A DNA stretch of 61,045 nucleotides, filler included, from 4 parts of 4 records of this genome joined end to end with filler, not necessarily neighbours in it; one strand, 5' to 3'. Shown: positions 19,984 to 30,571, numbered from the whole stretch's first letter. The notes: a model not told the origin generated them from the letters alone. A program made the numbers and translations.

Positions 19984-21744
19984 ATGATTATTATGAGAAG
20001 GATCAACGTTAAACCTATCGCCCTTTTCATGGCTGTTGCTGTTTTGCTGTCTAGCTGTGCAGGACTCAACAAAATGAAAAAAAATGCCGATCAAATTAAA
20101 TTCAAAGTTACCCCTGAGGTGCTTGAGGCTCACGCCAGTAAAGTTGATTTAGCAATCGACACCAGATTTCCGGCAAAATATTTCAACAAGAAAGTTACGC
20201 TTACTGCCACCCCTGTGCTAAAATACGAAGGTGGTGAAACCAAATACCAGGCAGTAACTGTTCAAGGAGAAAAAGTGGAAGCCAACAACAAAGTTATCAG
20301 TTTAAACGGTGGTAGTGTTAGCTACAAAGATGCTGTTGATTACGACAAAGCAATGGCAAAATCAGAGCTATACGTTAACATCACTGCTTCTCAAGGAGCA
20401 AAATCGGTAGATTTCGAACCGATAAAAGTTGCCGATGGTGTTTTAGCTACCAGCGAAAAAGTGATCATGATTCCTAAAGCAATTTTAGGTGTTCAACGCG
20501 AAGCTAACAATACCGGCAAATATGATCCAACTACCGATGCATTCCAACGTGTTGTACCCGACGAGATGACCGCGGATATCAAATATTTGATTAACCGTTC
20601 AAACGTTCGTCGTGATGAAACTTCGAAAGGTGAAGTTGTTGCTTTACAAGACTATACTAAAAAGGCAAACGAAGAAGAAAGAATTGACCTTAAAGATGTA
20701 GAAGTATCAGCTTATGCCTCTCCTGATGGAGAGATTGACCTGAACACTGACCTTGCTGCAAAGCGTAAAGAAACTTCTTCTGCTTTCCTGGCAAAGAAAT
20801 TAAAAGAAGCTGGTGTTGACGTTCAACTAAAAACAAAATACACACCAGAGGACTGGGATGGATTTAAAAAGTTGATGGAAGAATCAAACATTCAGGATAA
20901 AGAGTTAATCTTGCGCGTACTTTCTATGTACAACGATCCTGAGGTTCGTGAGCGTGAAATCCGTAACCTAAGTGCTACTTTTACCGATGTAGCTGATGAG
21001 ATTCTTCCTCAATTACGTCGTGCAAAAATGACCACAAGTGTTAATCTTGTTGGAAAAACCGATGAAGAATTAAAAGCAGCAGCAAAAGCTGATCCGGCCT
21101 CTTTAAATCCTGCGGAGTTACTTTACGCTGCTACATTATTCGAAGACCTTAACGAACAACTTACAGTTTACAACTCATTTATAAAGGCATACCCTAACGA
21201 CTGGAGAGGCCCCAATAACGCTGGTTATGTATTGGTAAAACAATACAAATATGCTGATGCAAAACCAATGTTTGATAAAGCTGAAAAGCTGGCGAACAAT
21301 GAGCCTATCGTCAAAAACAACGTTGGTGCTGTAACCTTAACTTCGGGAAAAGTTAACGAAGCTGAAGCCTTGTTTGGAGCTGCTGCCGGAGCCGGTGACG
21401 AAGTTAGCTATAACATGGGTATTGTTAGTGTGAAAAAAGCAGAATACGACAAAGCAGTTCAATACTTCAACAAATTCCAGGATGTAAACTCCGGTTTGGC
21501 AAAATTATTGGCTGGAAACAACAATGGTGCAGTTAAAGATCTTAACGCATGCACAATTGAAGGTTGCTATATGACAGAATATTTTAAAGCTGTTATTGGT
21601 GCACGTACTGCTAAAGAAACCTTATTATTCGATAGCCTTAAAGCTGCTGTTGAAATGAACGCCAAATTAAAAGAAATGGCCAAAACAGATATGGAATTCG
21701 CAAAATATTTCGACAATGCTAAATTTAAAGCAATTGTTGACTAA
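19984..21744 (+). CDS. Conserved Bacteroidales TPR-repeat lipoprotein
   Basis: Lipobox LSSC; SAYASPDG, EDWDGF, ILPQLRR; C-terminal TPR-like repeats (NNAG, NNVG, YNMG). Confidence 0.78.
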   Translation: MIIMRRINVKPIALFMAVAVLLSSCAGLNKMKKNADQIKFKVTPEVLEAHASKVDLAIDTRFPAKYFNKKVTLTATPVLKYEGGETKYQAVTVQGEKVEANNKVISLNGGSVSYKDAVDYDKAMAKSELYVNITASQGAKSVDFEPIKVADGVLATSEKVIMIPKAILGVQREANNTGKYDPTTDAFQRVVPDEMTADIKYLINRSNVRRDETSKGEVVALQDYTKKANEEERIDLKDVEVSAYASPDGEIDLNTDLAAKRKETSSAFLAKKLKEAGVDVQLKTKYTPEDWDGFKKLMEESNIQDKELILRVLSMYNDPEVREREIRNLSATFTDVADEILPQLRRAKMTTSVNLVGKTDEELKAAAKADPASLNPAELLYAATLFEDLNEQLTVYNSFIKAYPNDWRGPNNAGYVLVKQYKYADAKPMFDKAEKLANNEPIVKNNVGAVTLTSGKVNEAEALFGAAAGAGDEVSYNMGIVSVKKAEYDKAVQYFNKFQDVNSGLAKLLAGNNNGAVKDLNACTIEGCYMTEYFKAVIGARTAKETLLFDSLKAAVEMNAKLKEMAKTDMEFAKYFDNAKFKAIVD

Positions 21745-21767
21745 TTAAGTTGTGATAAACTTACCGG

Positions 21768-21797
21768 AAAGGGTGGCCGTTTGGTCACCCTTTTTTT
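21768..21797 (+). terminator. Rho-independent terminator
   Basis: aaagggtggcc-gttt-ggtcaccc followed by a T-run. Confidence 0.85.
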
Positions 21798-21887
21798 ATG
21801 CCGGATTTATGACAAATTCACTTTTTTAATCTTACCGAAAACCTTACTTTTCGACTTTTGTTGTTTAAGGGAAATTCAAAATAAATT

Positions 21888-23258
21888 ATGGAATACATTA
21901 ACACATACATTGAGGCGAACAAAGAACGATTTTTAGAAGAACTTTTTGGATTGATCAGGATTCCTTCCATTAGTTCAATTACCGACCATAAACCAGACAT
22001 GTACAAGGCAGCAGAGTACTGGAGAAAAACCTTGCTTGAGGCCGGTGCCGACAAAGCTAAGGTTTATGAAACCGATGGGTATCCGGTAACTTACGGGGAA
22101 AAAATTATTGATCAGGCCTTGCCTACCATTTTAATTTACGGACATTACGATGTTATGCCGGTTGATCCTGTCGATTTATGGGACTCTCCCCCATTTGAAC
22201 CTGAAATACGTGATGGTAAGATCTGGGCTCGAGGTGCTGAAGACAACAAGGGGCAGGCAATGATGCACGCCAAAGCTTTTGAGCTAATGGTAAAATCCGA
22301 AACGCTTCCATGTAATGTAAAATTCATGATAGAAGGTGAGGAGGAAGTAGGTTCTCCAAACCTTGGAAAATGGTGCGAACAAAACAAAGCAATGTTACAA
22401 GCCGACATTATCTTGGTGTCAGACACCTCAATGATCGCTGAAGATATCCCTTCAATTACAACAGGTTTGCGTGGTTTGGCCTATTGGCAGGTTGATGTAA
22501 CTGGTCCAAACCGCGATTTGCACTCTGGATTGTTTGGAGGGGCAGTTGCCAATCCGATTAATGAACTTTGTTCGATGATCGACAAAATGATCGATGAAAA
22601 AGGAAAAATTACCATACCGGGCTTCTACGACGACGTTATGGAAGTTTCGGCAGAGGAACGTGCTTTGCTGGCAGAAGCTCCTTTTGACATTGAAGCCTAC
22701 AAAAAGGCCATTGATGTAAACGAATTAAAAGGAGAAAAAGGATTTTCACCAAGCGAGCATACTGGTATCCGCCCATCCTTTGATGTTTGCGGTATCTGGG
22801 GAGGTTACACCGGAGAAGGTGCAAAAACTGTACTTCCTTCAAAAGCTCATGCAAAAATCTCATCGCGTTTGGTTCCCGATCAGGATCACGAGAAGATTGC
22901 CCTTCTTTTTAAAGAACATTTTGAAAGCATTGCACCAAAAACCATAAAGGTAGATGTTACTCCGCTTCATGGTGGACCAGCATATGTTTGTCCGATTGAT
23001 ATTCCGGCCTACAAAGCTGCTGAAAAAGCTTATAATGATACTTTTGGCAAGCGTCCGGTACCAGTTCGCTCGGGTGGCAGTATTCCAATTATCTCTACTT
23101 TTGAAGAGGTGTTGGGCATTAAATCCATTTTAATGGGATTTGGCCTGGAGTCTGATGCGATTCACTCGCCAAACGAAAACTATCCTTTGGTGCAGTTTTT
23201 CAAAGGTATTGAAACCATTCCTCTTTTTTATAAGTATTTTGCCGAGATGATGAAATAA
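21888..23258 (+). CDS. M20-family dipeptidase
   Basis: YGHYDVMP, ARGAEDNKGQ, EGEEEVGS, DLHSG, HSPNE. Confidence 0.92.
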   Translation: MEYINTYIEANKERFLEELFGLIRIPSISSITDHKPDMYKAAEYWRKTLLEAGADKAKVYETDGYPVTYGEKIIDQALPTILIYGHYDVMPVDPVDLWDSPPFEPEIRDGKIWARGAEDNKGQAMMHAKAFELMVKSETLPCNVKFMIEGEEEVGSPNLGKWCEQNKAMLQADIILVSDTSMIAEDIPSITTGLRGLAYWQVDVTGPNRDLHSGLFGGAVANPINELCSMIDKMIDEKGKITIPGFYDDVMEVSAEERALLAEAPFDIEAYKKAIDVNELKGEKGFSPSEHTGIRPSFDVCGIWGGYTGEGAKTVLPSKAHAKISSRLVPDQDHEKIALLFKEHFESIAPKTIKVDVTPLHGGPAYVCPIDIPAYKAAEKAYNDTFGKRPVPVRSGGSIPIISTFEEVLGIKSILMGFGLESDAIHSPNENYPLVQFFKGIETIPLFYKYFAEMMK

Positions 23259-23282
23259 TACTGATATAAAGCAAAATAAAGT

Positions 23283-23319
23283 AACGAGGATTTCAACAAC
23301 ATGAAACCCTCGTTTTTTT
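23283..23319 (+). terminator. Probable terminator after the dipeptidase gene
   Basis: aacgaggatttca ... tgaaaccctcgtt followed by a T-run. Confidence 0.7.
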
Positions 23320-23346
23320 ATAACTTTACTCCAAACGAATAAAACC

Positions 23347-24765
23347 ATGCAAAAACGAACCATCCTGTTTTGTTTATGCCTCCTTCTTTTCTCCTGTTCT
23401 AAAGAAAATCATCCCAACATTGTTTTTATCCTTGTAGACGACCTGGGTTGGGCAGATATAAAATGTAATTATCCCGAAAGTTTTTACGATACTCCTAACA
23501 TTGATTTACTGGCCGAAAGTGGTGTACGGTTTACGAATGCCTATTCGGCTAATCCGGTTTGCAGCCCAACCCGTGCCGCAATTATTACCGGCAAACACCC
23601 TAACCGGGTTAATATTACCGACTGGATTCCTGGACTTGATCCCAAAATGAAACCTTTGCTTGGGCCTCAAGACCAGAATAAATTGGCTTTAGAAGAAATA
23701 ACCATTGCTGAAGAATTAAAAGAAGCTGGTTATAAAACAGGATTTGTTGGGAAATGGCATTTGGGTGATGAAGGGTTCTTTCCTGAGGACCAGGGATTTG
23801 ACATTAACATTGGAGGACACCAAAAAGGCAGCCCGCCAGGTGGTTATTATTCGCCTTATAAAAACCCGAAACTTAAAGATGGCCCTGACGGGGAATATCT
23901 TACCAATAGATTAACCACCGAAAGCATCAACTTTATTAAAAAGAACAAAAAGAAACCGTTTTTTCTGTACATTTCATATTACACCGTACATACACCGATT
24001 CAGGCAGCCAAAAAACATGTAGAGAAATACGAAATAAAAAGAACCAAATCGGTTACTACCGAAGTTCCGTTTAAGAAAGAAGGTGATGGCTGGACGAAGA
24101 TGAAACAAGAAAACGCAGCCTATGCATCAATGGTAGCTGCTTTAGACGAAAATGTTGGGCGCATATTAAAAACACTCGATGAACAGGGACTGAAAAAAAA
24201 TACCTGGATACTTTTTACAAGTGATAACGGCGGACTTTCAACGTTAAAAAACAGGAATGCCCCAACGGCCAATGGACCTCTTCGTGCGGGCAAAGGATGG
24301 TGTTACGAAGGAGGTATACGTGTACCCCTGATAATTTCTGGTCCGGATGTAATTGAAAAGGGAAGAATTGAAAATAGCCTTGTTACAAGCATGGACTATT
24401 TTACAACTATTTTAACCCTGGCCGGTACTGAACATGAAAAAAATGATGGAGAAAACCTTATTCCTGTTTTAAAAGAGAAGAAAGCACTGTCCCGAGAGGA
24501 GTTATTCTGGCATTATCCACACTACCACGGCAGCATCTGGAAACCAGGCTCTGCATTTCGCAAAGGAGACTGGAAACTGGTTGTACATTACGAAAATGAC
24601 AGCTTAGAGCTATTTAACCTGGCCGATGATGTTGGAGAAACTTTAAATCTGGCGATACAACATCCCGAAAAAATAAAACAGCTAAAAGCAATTCTCGACA
24701 AAAAATTGGAAAATTCCGGTGCACTGTTCCCTGAACCTAATCCCGATTATGATCCAAGAGATTGA
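23347..24765 (+). CDS. Cys-type sulfatase (S1 family), lipoprotein
   Basis: Lipobox LFSC; PNIVFILVDDLG, CSPTRA (formylglycine motif), GKWHLG, SDNG, YEGGIRVP. Confidence 0.93.
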   Translation: MQKRTILFCLCLLLFSCSKENHPNIVFILVDDLGWADIKCNYPESFYDTPNIDLLAESGVRFTNAYSANPVCSPTRAAIITGKHPNRVNITDWIPGLDPKMKPLLGPQDQNKLALEEITIAEELKEAGYKTGFVGKWHLGDEGFFPEDQGFDINIGGHQKGSPPGGYYSPYKNPKLKDGPDGEYLTNRLTTESINFIKKNKKKPFFLYISYYTVHTPIQAAKKHVEKYEIKRTKSVTTEVPFKKEGDGWTKMKQENAAYASMVAALDENVGRILKTLDEQGLKKNTWILFTSDNGGLSTLKNRNAPTANGPLRAGKGWCYEGGIRVPLIISGPDVIEKGRIENSLVTSMDYFTTILTLAGTEHEKNDGENLIPVLKEKKALSREELFWHYPHYHGSIWKPGSAFRKGDWKLVVHYENDSLELFNLADDVGETLNLAIQHPEKIKQLKAILDKKLENSGALFPEPNPDYDPRD

Positions 24766-24817
24766 ATTTAAGTACATGTGTTCCTGATGATAAAAAATAA
24801 TCTCTTTAAATAGAAAA

Positions 24818-25834
24818 CTACAGCTCAATTGTTACTGAAACCGGATGATGATCGGAAGCATGTTTGTATTCGCTCCAAATCTTTCCATTTTCCATTTCCG
24901 TATGTACCCGGGCATTTTTCACCCAATTAATCCGGTTGCGAGAATATAAAATATGATCGATCCACACTTTTCGGTAATTCCCAAACAATGGATCTTTAAA
25001 GCTGGTAGTATATACGTCTGTAAAATCCAGTGCATCACGATCTTTTTCCTTTAACGCATCAAACAAGGCATTTCCCAAGGTAAATTGTGGTTTCCAAACT
25101 GTTCCCATTAGTTTTTCGATTGCACTACCCAACAGGCGACGTTCAACAGCATCAAATCCGGGTCCATCGTTAATATCACCACAAACCAGTAAAGGTATAT
25201 CTTTCGTATCGTCAGCTTTCATATATGCATTTAGAAATCCATCGCGTAAATGAGCAGCCTGCGCAATTAGTTTTTTACGGTTGGCTACCGATTTATCCCA
25301 CCAGGCTCCCCATTCCAAAGCTTGAAAAATGCCTTTACTTTTAAGGTGTAGCCCCAACATTCTGAAAACCTTTCCATCTGCCAGGTTTATTTGGGCATAA
25401 CAGGGTATTCGTTCAAATTTGTATTTTTCAACAATTCCATCATCTTCGGTGTCAAATTCAAAGGGTTGGAAATACTCCACATCGTTTCCTTCGAAGAAAA
25501 CAAGCGGTATAGCAGCAAACTTTCCTGTATCAATTCGTACTGCTCCTCCATTGTTCTGCGAACTTCGTTTAGTCTTCTGTAAAAATACTTTCCAGTCGCC
25601 TTCCACGTCAGTATCGAAAAACAACTGTAATTCTTCCAAATCCGATGGCCCTTCAATAACAGACACCACATCGGGTTGTATTTCGTTGATTACTTCGGCA
25701 AGGTCTTTTCTACGCTGTTTTACGGTTGAAGACTTGGTGTGAAAGGGTTTTACATCGTCGGCCTTATAAACATGATCATTGGTAAACAAATCGTTCATCC
25801 ATTCCATGTTCCAGTTTAAAAATTTGATTTCCAT
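24818..25834 (-). CDS. Endonuclease/exonuclease/phosphatase (EEP) family protein
   Basis: NWNME, PDV..VIE, HLKSK, GDIND, IDHIL, SDHHPV. Confidence 0.85.
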   Translation of the reverse strand: MEIKFLNWNMEWMNDLFTNDHVYKADDVKPFHTKSSTVKQRRKDLAEVINEIQPDVVSVIEGPSDLEELQLFFDTDVEGDWKVFLQKTKRSSQNNGGAVRIDTGKFAAIPLVFFEGNDVEYFQPFEFDTEDDGIVEKYKFERIPCYAQINLADGKVFRMLGLHLKSKGIFQALEWGAWWDKSVANRKKLIAQAAHLRDGFLNAYMKADDTKDIPLLVCGDINDGPGFDAVERRLLGSAIEKLMGTVWKPQFTLGNALFDALKEKDRDALDFTDVYTTSFKDPLFGNYRKVWIDHILYSRNRINWVKNARVHTEMENGKIWSEYKHASDHHPVSVTIEL

Positions 25835-26010
25835 CGTTTTTGGGTATTAAAATTTATGAGCATACAAGTTATGGACTTGAACCGATAAAACCAATTAAAG
25901 CAGGTGCTTATCAGAAAGTCAGGTAAAACATTTTTGACAAATAATCGTTTACTGCTCCTCCTCTTGCTCGTAATACTCGATTGGTTATAAAACTCCAGGT
26001 TTAAACTCCC

Positions 26011-26050
26011 CAAAAAACAACAGAACGATAGTTAATAAACTACCGCTCTG
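26011..26050 (-). terminator. Probable terminator after the PKD lipoprotein gene
   Basis: Minus strand reads cagagcggtagttt..actatcgttctg followed by ttgtttttt. Confidence 0.65.
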
Positions 26051-26088
26051 CATTTAATCTAAAACTACTGTCCCAAAAATATGATTCC

Positions 26089-26940
26089 CTATTTTATTTT
26101 GTTCCTGTGATTGAAAAAGTTTCTGTCTATAATCATTCTGCGCCCTGCGCTTTTTGTGGTCGATGCCGAAGAACTTTCATAAGATTCATAAACACACATA
26201 GCCTGCACTACACCGTCTCCATCATCATAAAAATCTATACCTTTCGTATCGTACCAATAACTTGTATATCCATTTGAAGACTCTTCCGAAAGAGGATCAC
26301 CATACTGTTCCACCACATCATCCATCGTACTGCCAATTTCAATGCCTTTGTTTGTTGCTCCCTGATATGGATACAGTACCCAGATGTAATAAACAGGATC
26401 GTTGCTCTCTACAGTCTTACTTGTTGTAAGAAAGTCAAATATTACCCCCTCCTCATAAAAATAAATTTCGTGGTAATAAATCCCATAATCCTCCAGGTAA
26501 TCGTTGTAGATATAATGTATGGTATCGATTGAAGGATATTCAACCTGAATTTGAGCCCATGTATCATAAACATCAACATTTTCAATTCCAACTCCCTCAA
26601 AAATGGTAACATCGTAACTAGCAACAACTTCAAGAGAAATCGTTGTTGAATCAGAATTTTCGTTTCCGATAGCTACAAGTGTCACATCATAACTTCCGGC
26701 AACCGAATATTCATGACTTGGATTGGTATCAAACGAGATATCTCCATCCCCAAAGTCCCATTGGTAATAATAGGCATTTTCCGATTCGTTCGTAAAACTT
26801 ACTGTTACTCCTGTTTCTATTTCAGTTTCGCTGGCAGTAAACGAAGCTATTACAATTTCTTCTTCATCGCAGCTGGCTAAAGCACAGATAATTCCTGCTG
26901 CAATACAATAAATCAATATTTTTTCTCTTACATATTTCAT
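26089..26940 (-). CDS. PKD-domain lipoprotein
   Basis: Lipobox LASC; VSFTNES..Y.WDFGDG....NPSHEY...G.Y.VTL. Confidence 0.82.
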   Translation of the reverse strand: MKYVREKILIYCIAAGIICALASCDEEEIVIASFTASETEIETGVTVSFTNESENAYYYQWDFGDGDISFDTNPSHEYSVAGSYDVTLVAIGNENSDSTTISLEVVASYDVTIFEGVGIENVDVYDTWAQIQVEYPSIDTIHYIYNDYLEDYGIYYHEIYFYEEGVIFDFLTTSKTVESNDPVYYIWVLYPYQGATNKGIEIGSTMDDVVEQYGDPLSEESSNGYTSYWYDTKGIDFYDDGDGVVQAMCVYESYESSSASTTKSAGRRMIIDRNFFNHRNKIK

Positions 26941-27190
26941 ATGAGCCTGTGTTATACATTTCTGAATGTAATACCGCAGGTAATGGTTTTACCCTACTAT
27001 GAAATATTGGCAAATTTGATTTTAACAATTTTTTGTTTGTTGTAATTATGAGAGAACCACAATAACGTACTCGACATACGACAAACCAAGATGCATTAAA
27101 AGTAACTTGAGACTTCTAAAACGTCAAATACAGAATCGGAAGTTTTTTTATAAGATGATTACAAGCAAAAAACTCTTTGTCCGTATAAAT

Positions 27191-28945
27191 TTATTCTCTA
27201 ATTAACTCTACATACATCAGGTCTACCTCGCTCCAATCCTCAATAACAGGTGTTAATGAAATTTCCTTATTGCCAGCTTCGGCAAATTCAATCCTCCCGA
27301 GTTGCACAAGCTCAAATTCATTTTCGCTCGGTTCAATTTTTGCTACTTGTTTTTGCTCATCCACTTCTATAGTTAGAACTGCAGTATCTGCATTTCGAAC
27401 CAAAGCCTCGATACGATATGATCCCGGTTCCGCGTTAAACATCCATTCCACACGAGTACGATTATCAACCCAGTTACGGATCATTGACTTTGAACCTGTT
27501 CCCTTTAAAATGGCATGTTTGCCATAACCCGGATTATGAATGTCGGCAAAGTCGGCTGGTAATAGAATACTACCATCTTTCAGCTTAGGCTTATTACTGG
27601 TAACCTCAACCTTTCCCCTGGTTTCAACTACAACAACAGTATTCATTTCATCAAAAATTACTGATGGTGCATGAATGTGTAAATCTCCGTCTTCGAATTT
27701 CCAGGCAAAATGCTGTTTCGGATTCGACAATAAGTATATACTGTGCACCCTGGTATCTAATCCCGGAACCACTAACAGTCCATCTTTTGGCCAATCAAAA
27801 ACATGTAAATACAAATGGGTATTTCCCTTAATCTCTTTGGTAGTACATCTTCCCCATGGCAGTTTAAAAAACGGACTGGCACTTGTTCCGTAAACCGATT
27901 CTCCATTTTGTTGCATCCATCGTCCCATTTCTTTTAAACGTTCAACACTCGGTTTTGGAATTTCGCCTTCAGCTGTTGGGCCAACATTTAACAACAAGTT
28001 ACCACCTTTACTGGCAATATCAACCAACATTTTTATTAAAGTCTCGGTCGATTTCCAATTGTCATCGTACCATTTATATCCCCAGCTGGTATTCATGGTC
28101 ATACATACTTCCCAATCATAATCCAATCCAGTTGGCGGCACATGTTGTTCCGGTGTTGAAAAATCGCCAGGCCATTGCCGGTACAAACGATTATTAGTAA
28201 TTAGATTAGGGTAATCATCTGTTATTTTTTGCAAAGCCAATGCTGCCTCTTCAGTCATTCCCCGCGGAGTATCCCACCATAGAATATCCAAGCCACCATA
28301 GTTCTCCAGTATTTCTTTTACCTGCGGTACCGCTTTATTGTTAATGTATTTCATTAAAGGTTCTCGTGGCAAGTCGGAATCCCAATGCGGCTTCCCTTGC
28401 TCAATATTCCAATAGGTACCTCCCGGCTCATGCCAGTCTTGAGCTTGAGAGTAGTAAAATCCCAGTTTAAGACCTTCTTTCTTGCACTCTTCTGCCAGCT
28501 CTTTCAACGGATCCCGATCAAAAGGAGTAGCATCAACAATGTTGTACTTGCTTGCTTTCGAATGAAACATGGCAAAGCCATCATGATGTTTTGATGTAAT
28601 TACAATATATTTCATGCCAGCGTATTTGGCTAGTTTCACCCAATACTTTGCATCATATTTTTCCGGATTAAAGGTTTTGGTCAGTTCCTCATATTCTCTA
28701 ACTTTGATCTTCGCGTTTGCCATAATCCACTCGCTGATACCAGGTATACGTTCACCTTTCCACTCACCTGCCGGATTGGCATACAATCCCCAATGAATAA
28801 ACATACCGAAACGTGCTTCTCGCCACCATTCCATTTTTTCATTTTTAATTTCAGTTGTTTTTAAGGTTGCCTGTTTTTTGTTTGTTTCTGAAACACAAGA
28901 GGCAAACAATGTAACGATAAGAGGAAGAACTAATAATCGATTCAT
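27191..28945 (-). CDS. Alpha-L-fucosidase (GH29), lipoprotein
   Basis: Lipobox FASC; WWREARFGMFIHWG, TSKHHDGF, LWWD, TPEQ, WEVCMT, LLLNVGP. Confidence 0.93.
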   Translation of the reverse strand: MNRLLVLPLIVTLFASCVSETNKKQATLKTTEIKNEKMEWWREARFGMFIHWGLYANPAGEWKGERIPGISEWIMANAKIKVREYEELTKTFNPEKYDAKYWVKLAKYAGMKYIVITSKHHDGFAMFHSKASKYNIVDATPFDRDPLKELAEECKKEGLKLGFYYSQAQDWHEPGGTYWNIEQGKPHWDSDLPREPLMKYINNKAVPQVKEILENYGGLDILWWDTPRGMTEEAALALQKITDDYPNLITNNRLYRQWPGDFSTPEQHVPPTGLDYDWEVCMTMNTSWGYKWYDDNWKSTETLIKMLVDIASKGGNLLLNVGPTAEGEIPKPSVERLKEMGRWMQQNGESVYGTSASPFFKLPWGRCTTKEIKGNTHLYLHVFDWPKDGLLVVPGLDTRVHSIYLLSNPKQHFAWKFEDGDLHIHAPSVIFDEMNTVVVVETRGKVEVTSNKPKLKDGSILLPADFADIHNPGYGKHAILKGTGSKSMIRNWVDNRTRVEWMFNAEPGSYRIEALVRNADTAVLTIEVDEQKQVAKIEPSENEFELVQLGRIEFAEAGNKEISLTPVIEDWSEVDLMYVELIRE

Positions 28946-29194
28946 GGATTTTCGTTTATCAATTTTAATTACTGGTATAAATTTCGATATAAAATTACAA
29001 AATTGGGGAATGTCGGCTCCATTATTTTCAACTGATGAATGATAATGCTATACGAATCAATACTAATTATCGGCAAAACCTGATCATTCATCCTGTTACG
29101 GAGTTTATTTGTCTTAATACATTGTTAAAGCCTAATATTCATTTTTATCTTGTATAGAAATTTAGTTAATTAGCTTTTCAATGACCATGAAAGA

Positions 29195-29974
29195 ATGAAC
29201 AAAGATTGCCTGATATTTTGTAGCTGCGGTGCCGGAATAATTTCCGATGAAAAAAAAAGCAAACTTTCTGAAGAATTTAAAGCATTGGGGATTGATGTTT
29301 TTGAACTTCATGACCTGTGTGCATTCAGTGTAAATGACAGATCATTTTTCGAGGAAATTGAAAGTACATACAATCAAAAACTCATTGTTGCCTGCTACCC
29401 TCGTGCAATAGAAAACATGTTATGTCAAAATGGGATAACTCTCACCAACTTTAAAGTGATCAACTTTCGGGAATCCGATACTCCGGAAATCATTCAACAA
29501 GTAAATACGCTAACAAGTATTAAACAATCTGATTCGGGTTACGAAATAAAAAAAACAAAACTTAATGTACCAGCCTGGTATCCGGTAATTGACGAATCGC
29601 GTTGTACCTTATGCGGACAATGTGCCCGTTTTTGCGTGTTTGGCGTGTACTCGTTTAACAAGAAAAGCTTGAATGTGGCAAATCCACTTTCATGCAAAAA
29701 CAATTGTCCGGCCTGTGGAAGAACATGTCCGGCTTCGGCAATTATTTTTCCACGCCTACCCGAAAATTCAATTTTATCCGGGGCCATTCCTCCAGAAAAA
29801 AATAAACCGCAAACAAGTGCACAAAACAACAATTTGTTTGTTATGTTGAACGAACGTAACAATAACCGCAGAAATATCTTCCGCCAGGGTGCTTTCCAAC
29901 AAGCTGAAGAAGAAAAGCGCCGTGCATTGGAAGAACTAAAACGAAGCCTGGATAATAACAAGAAAGATGATTAA
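29195..29974 (+). CDS. Fe-S protein: Cys-rich N-terminal domain plus 2x[4Fe-4S] ferredoxin domain
   Basis: FCSCG..DLC..VACYPRA; CTLCGQCARFC and CKNNCPACGRTCP. Confidence 0.8.
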   Translation: MNKDCLIFCSCGAGIISDEKKSKLSEEFKALGIDVFELHDLCAFSVNDRSFFEEIESTYNQKLIVACYPRAIENMLCQNGITLTNFKVINFRESDTPEIIQQVNTLTSIKQSDSGYEIKKTKLNVPAWYPVIDESRCTLCGQCARFCVFGVYSFNKKSLNVANPLSCKNNCPACGRTCPASAIIFPRLPENSILSGAIPPEKNKPQTSAQNNNLFVMLNERNNNRRNIFRQGAFQQAEEEKRRALEELKRSLDNNKKDD

Positions 29975-30420
29975 ACAGCTTTTAAAAACCGATAAAAAAT
30001 GCTTGTATAAATTCGCATACAATATGGGAATTAAAGGAGCTGTGGGTTTACATAAATACCAAAAGCGCTTAAAGAATGGAGATTTTTTTCCTGCGTTCCA
30101 TTTTATTTCAGTAACCGATGATTGCAACCTGAATTGCCAGGGCTGTTGGGTTACCGGTAAAAAACAAAATGCACGGATGTCTCCCGAGGTGCTCCATTCT
30201 ATCATTTCTCAATCCAAGGCTAAAGGTTCATATTTTTTTGGCATATTGGGAGGCGAACCATTGATGTACAAACCACTTTTTGATGTTTTTGAGCAACATC
30301 AGGATTGTTATTTTCAACTTTTCACAAACGGAACCTTATTAACTTCGGAACTTGCAGAACGATTACGAAAAGTAGCCAATGTAACTCCGCTTATTAGTTT
30401 TGAAGGAGATGCGGAAGTTG
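29967..30420 (+). CDS. Radical SAM protein, N-terminal part (truncated by contig end)
   Basis: CNLNCQGC (CxxxCxxC), ILGGEPL, FTNGTLL; overlaps the upstream gene by 8 nt. Confidence 0.9.
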
Positions 30421-30520
30421 NNNNNNNNNNNNNNNNNNNNNNNNNNNNNNNNNNNNNNNNNNNNTTAATTAATTAANNNNNNNNNNNNNNNNNNNNNNNN
30501 NNNNNNNNNNNNNNNNNNNN
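30421..30520. other. Artificial contig-joining linker
   Basis: 44 N + TTAATTAATTAA + 44 N. Confidence 0.98.
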
Positions 30521-30571
30521 TCGTACAACGGTTTTCAAGACCGCCGCCTTCAACCACTCGGCCATTCCTCC
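30521..30571 (-). tRNA. tRNA-Ser(TGA), 5' part, truncated by contig start
   Basis: Minus strand reads GGAGGAATGGCCGAGTGGTTGAAGGCGGCGGTCTTGAAAACCGTTGTACGA, with anticodon loop CT-TGA-AA. Confidence 0.9.

Noticed and set aside
26946-26980. Imperfect hairpin just upstream of the PKD lipoprotein start as a riboswitch
   Set aside because: Short, several mismatches, and no recognisable aptamer motif
30421-30476. ORF-track extension of the radical SAM protein ending in X..LIN
   Set aside because: Translation through the Ns and the linker, not real sequence
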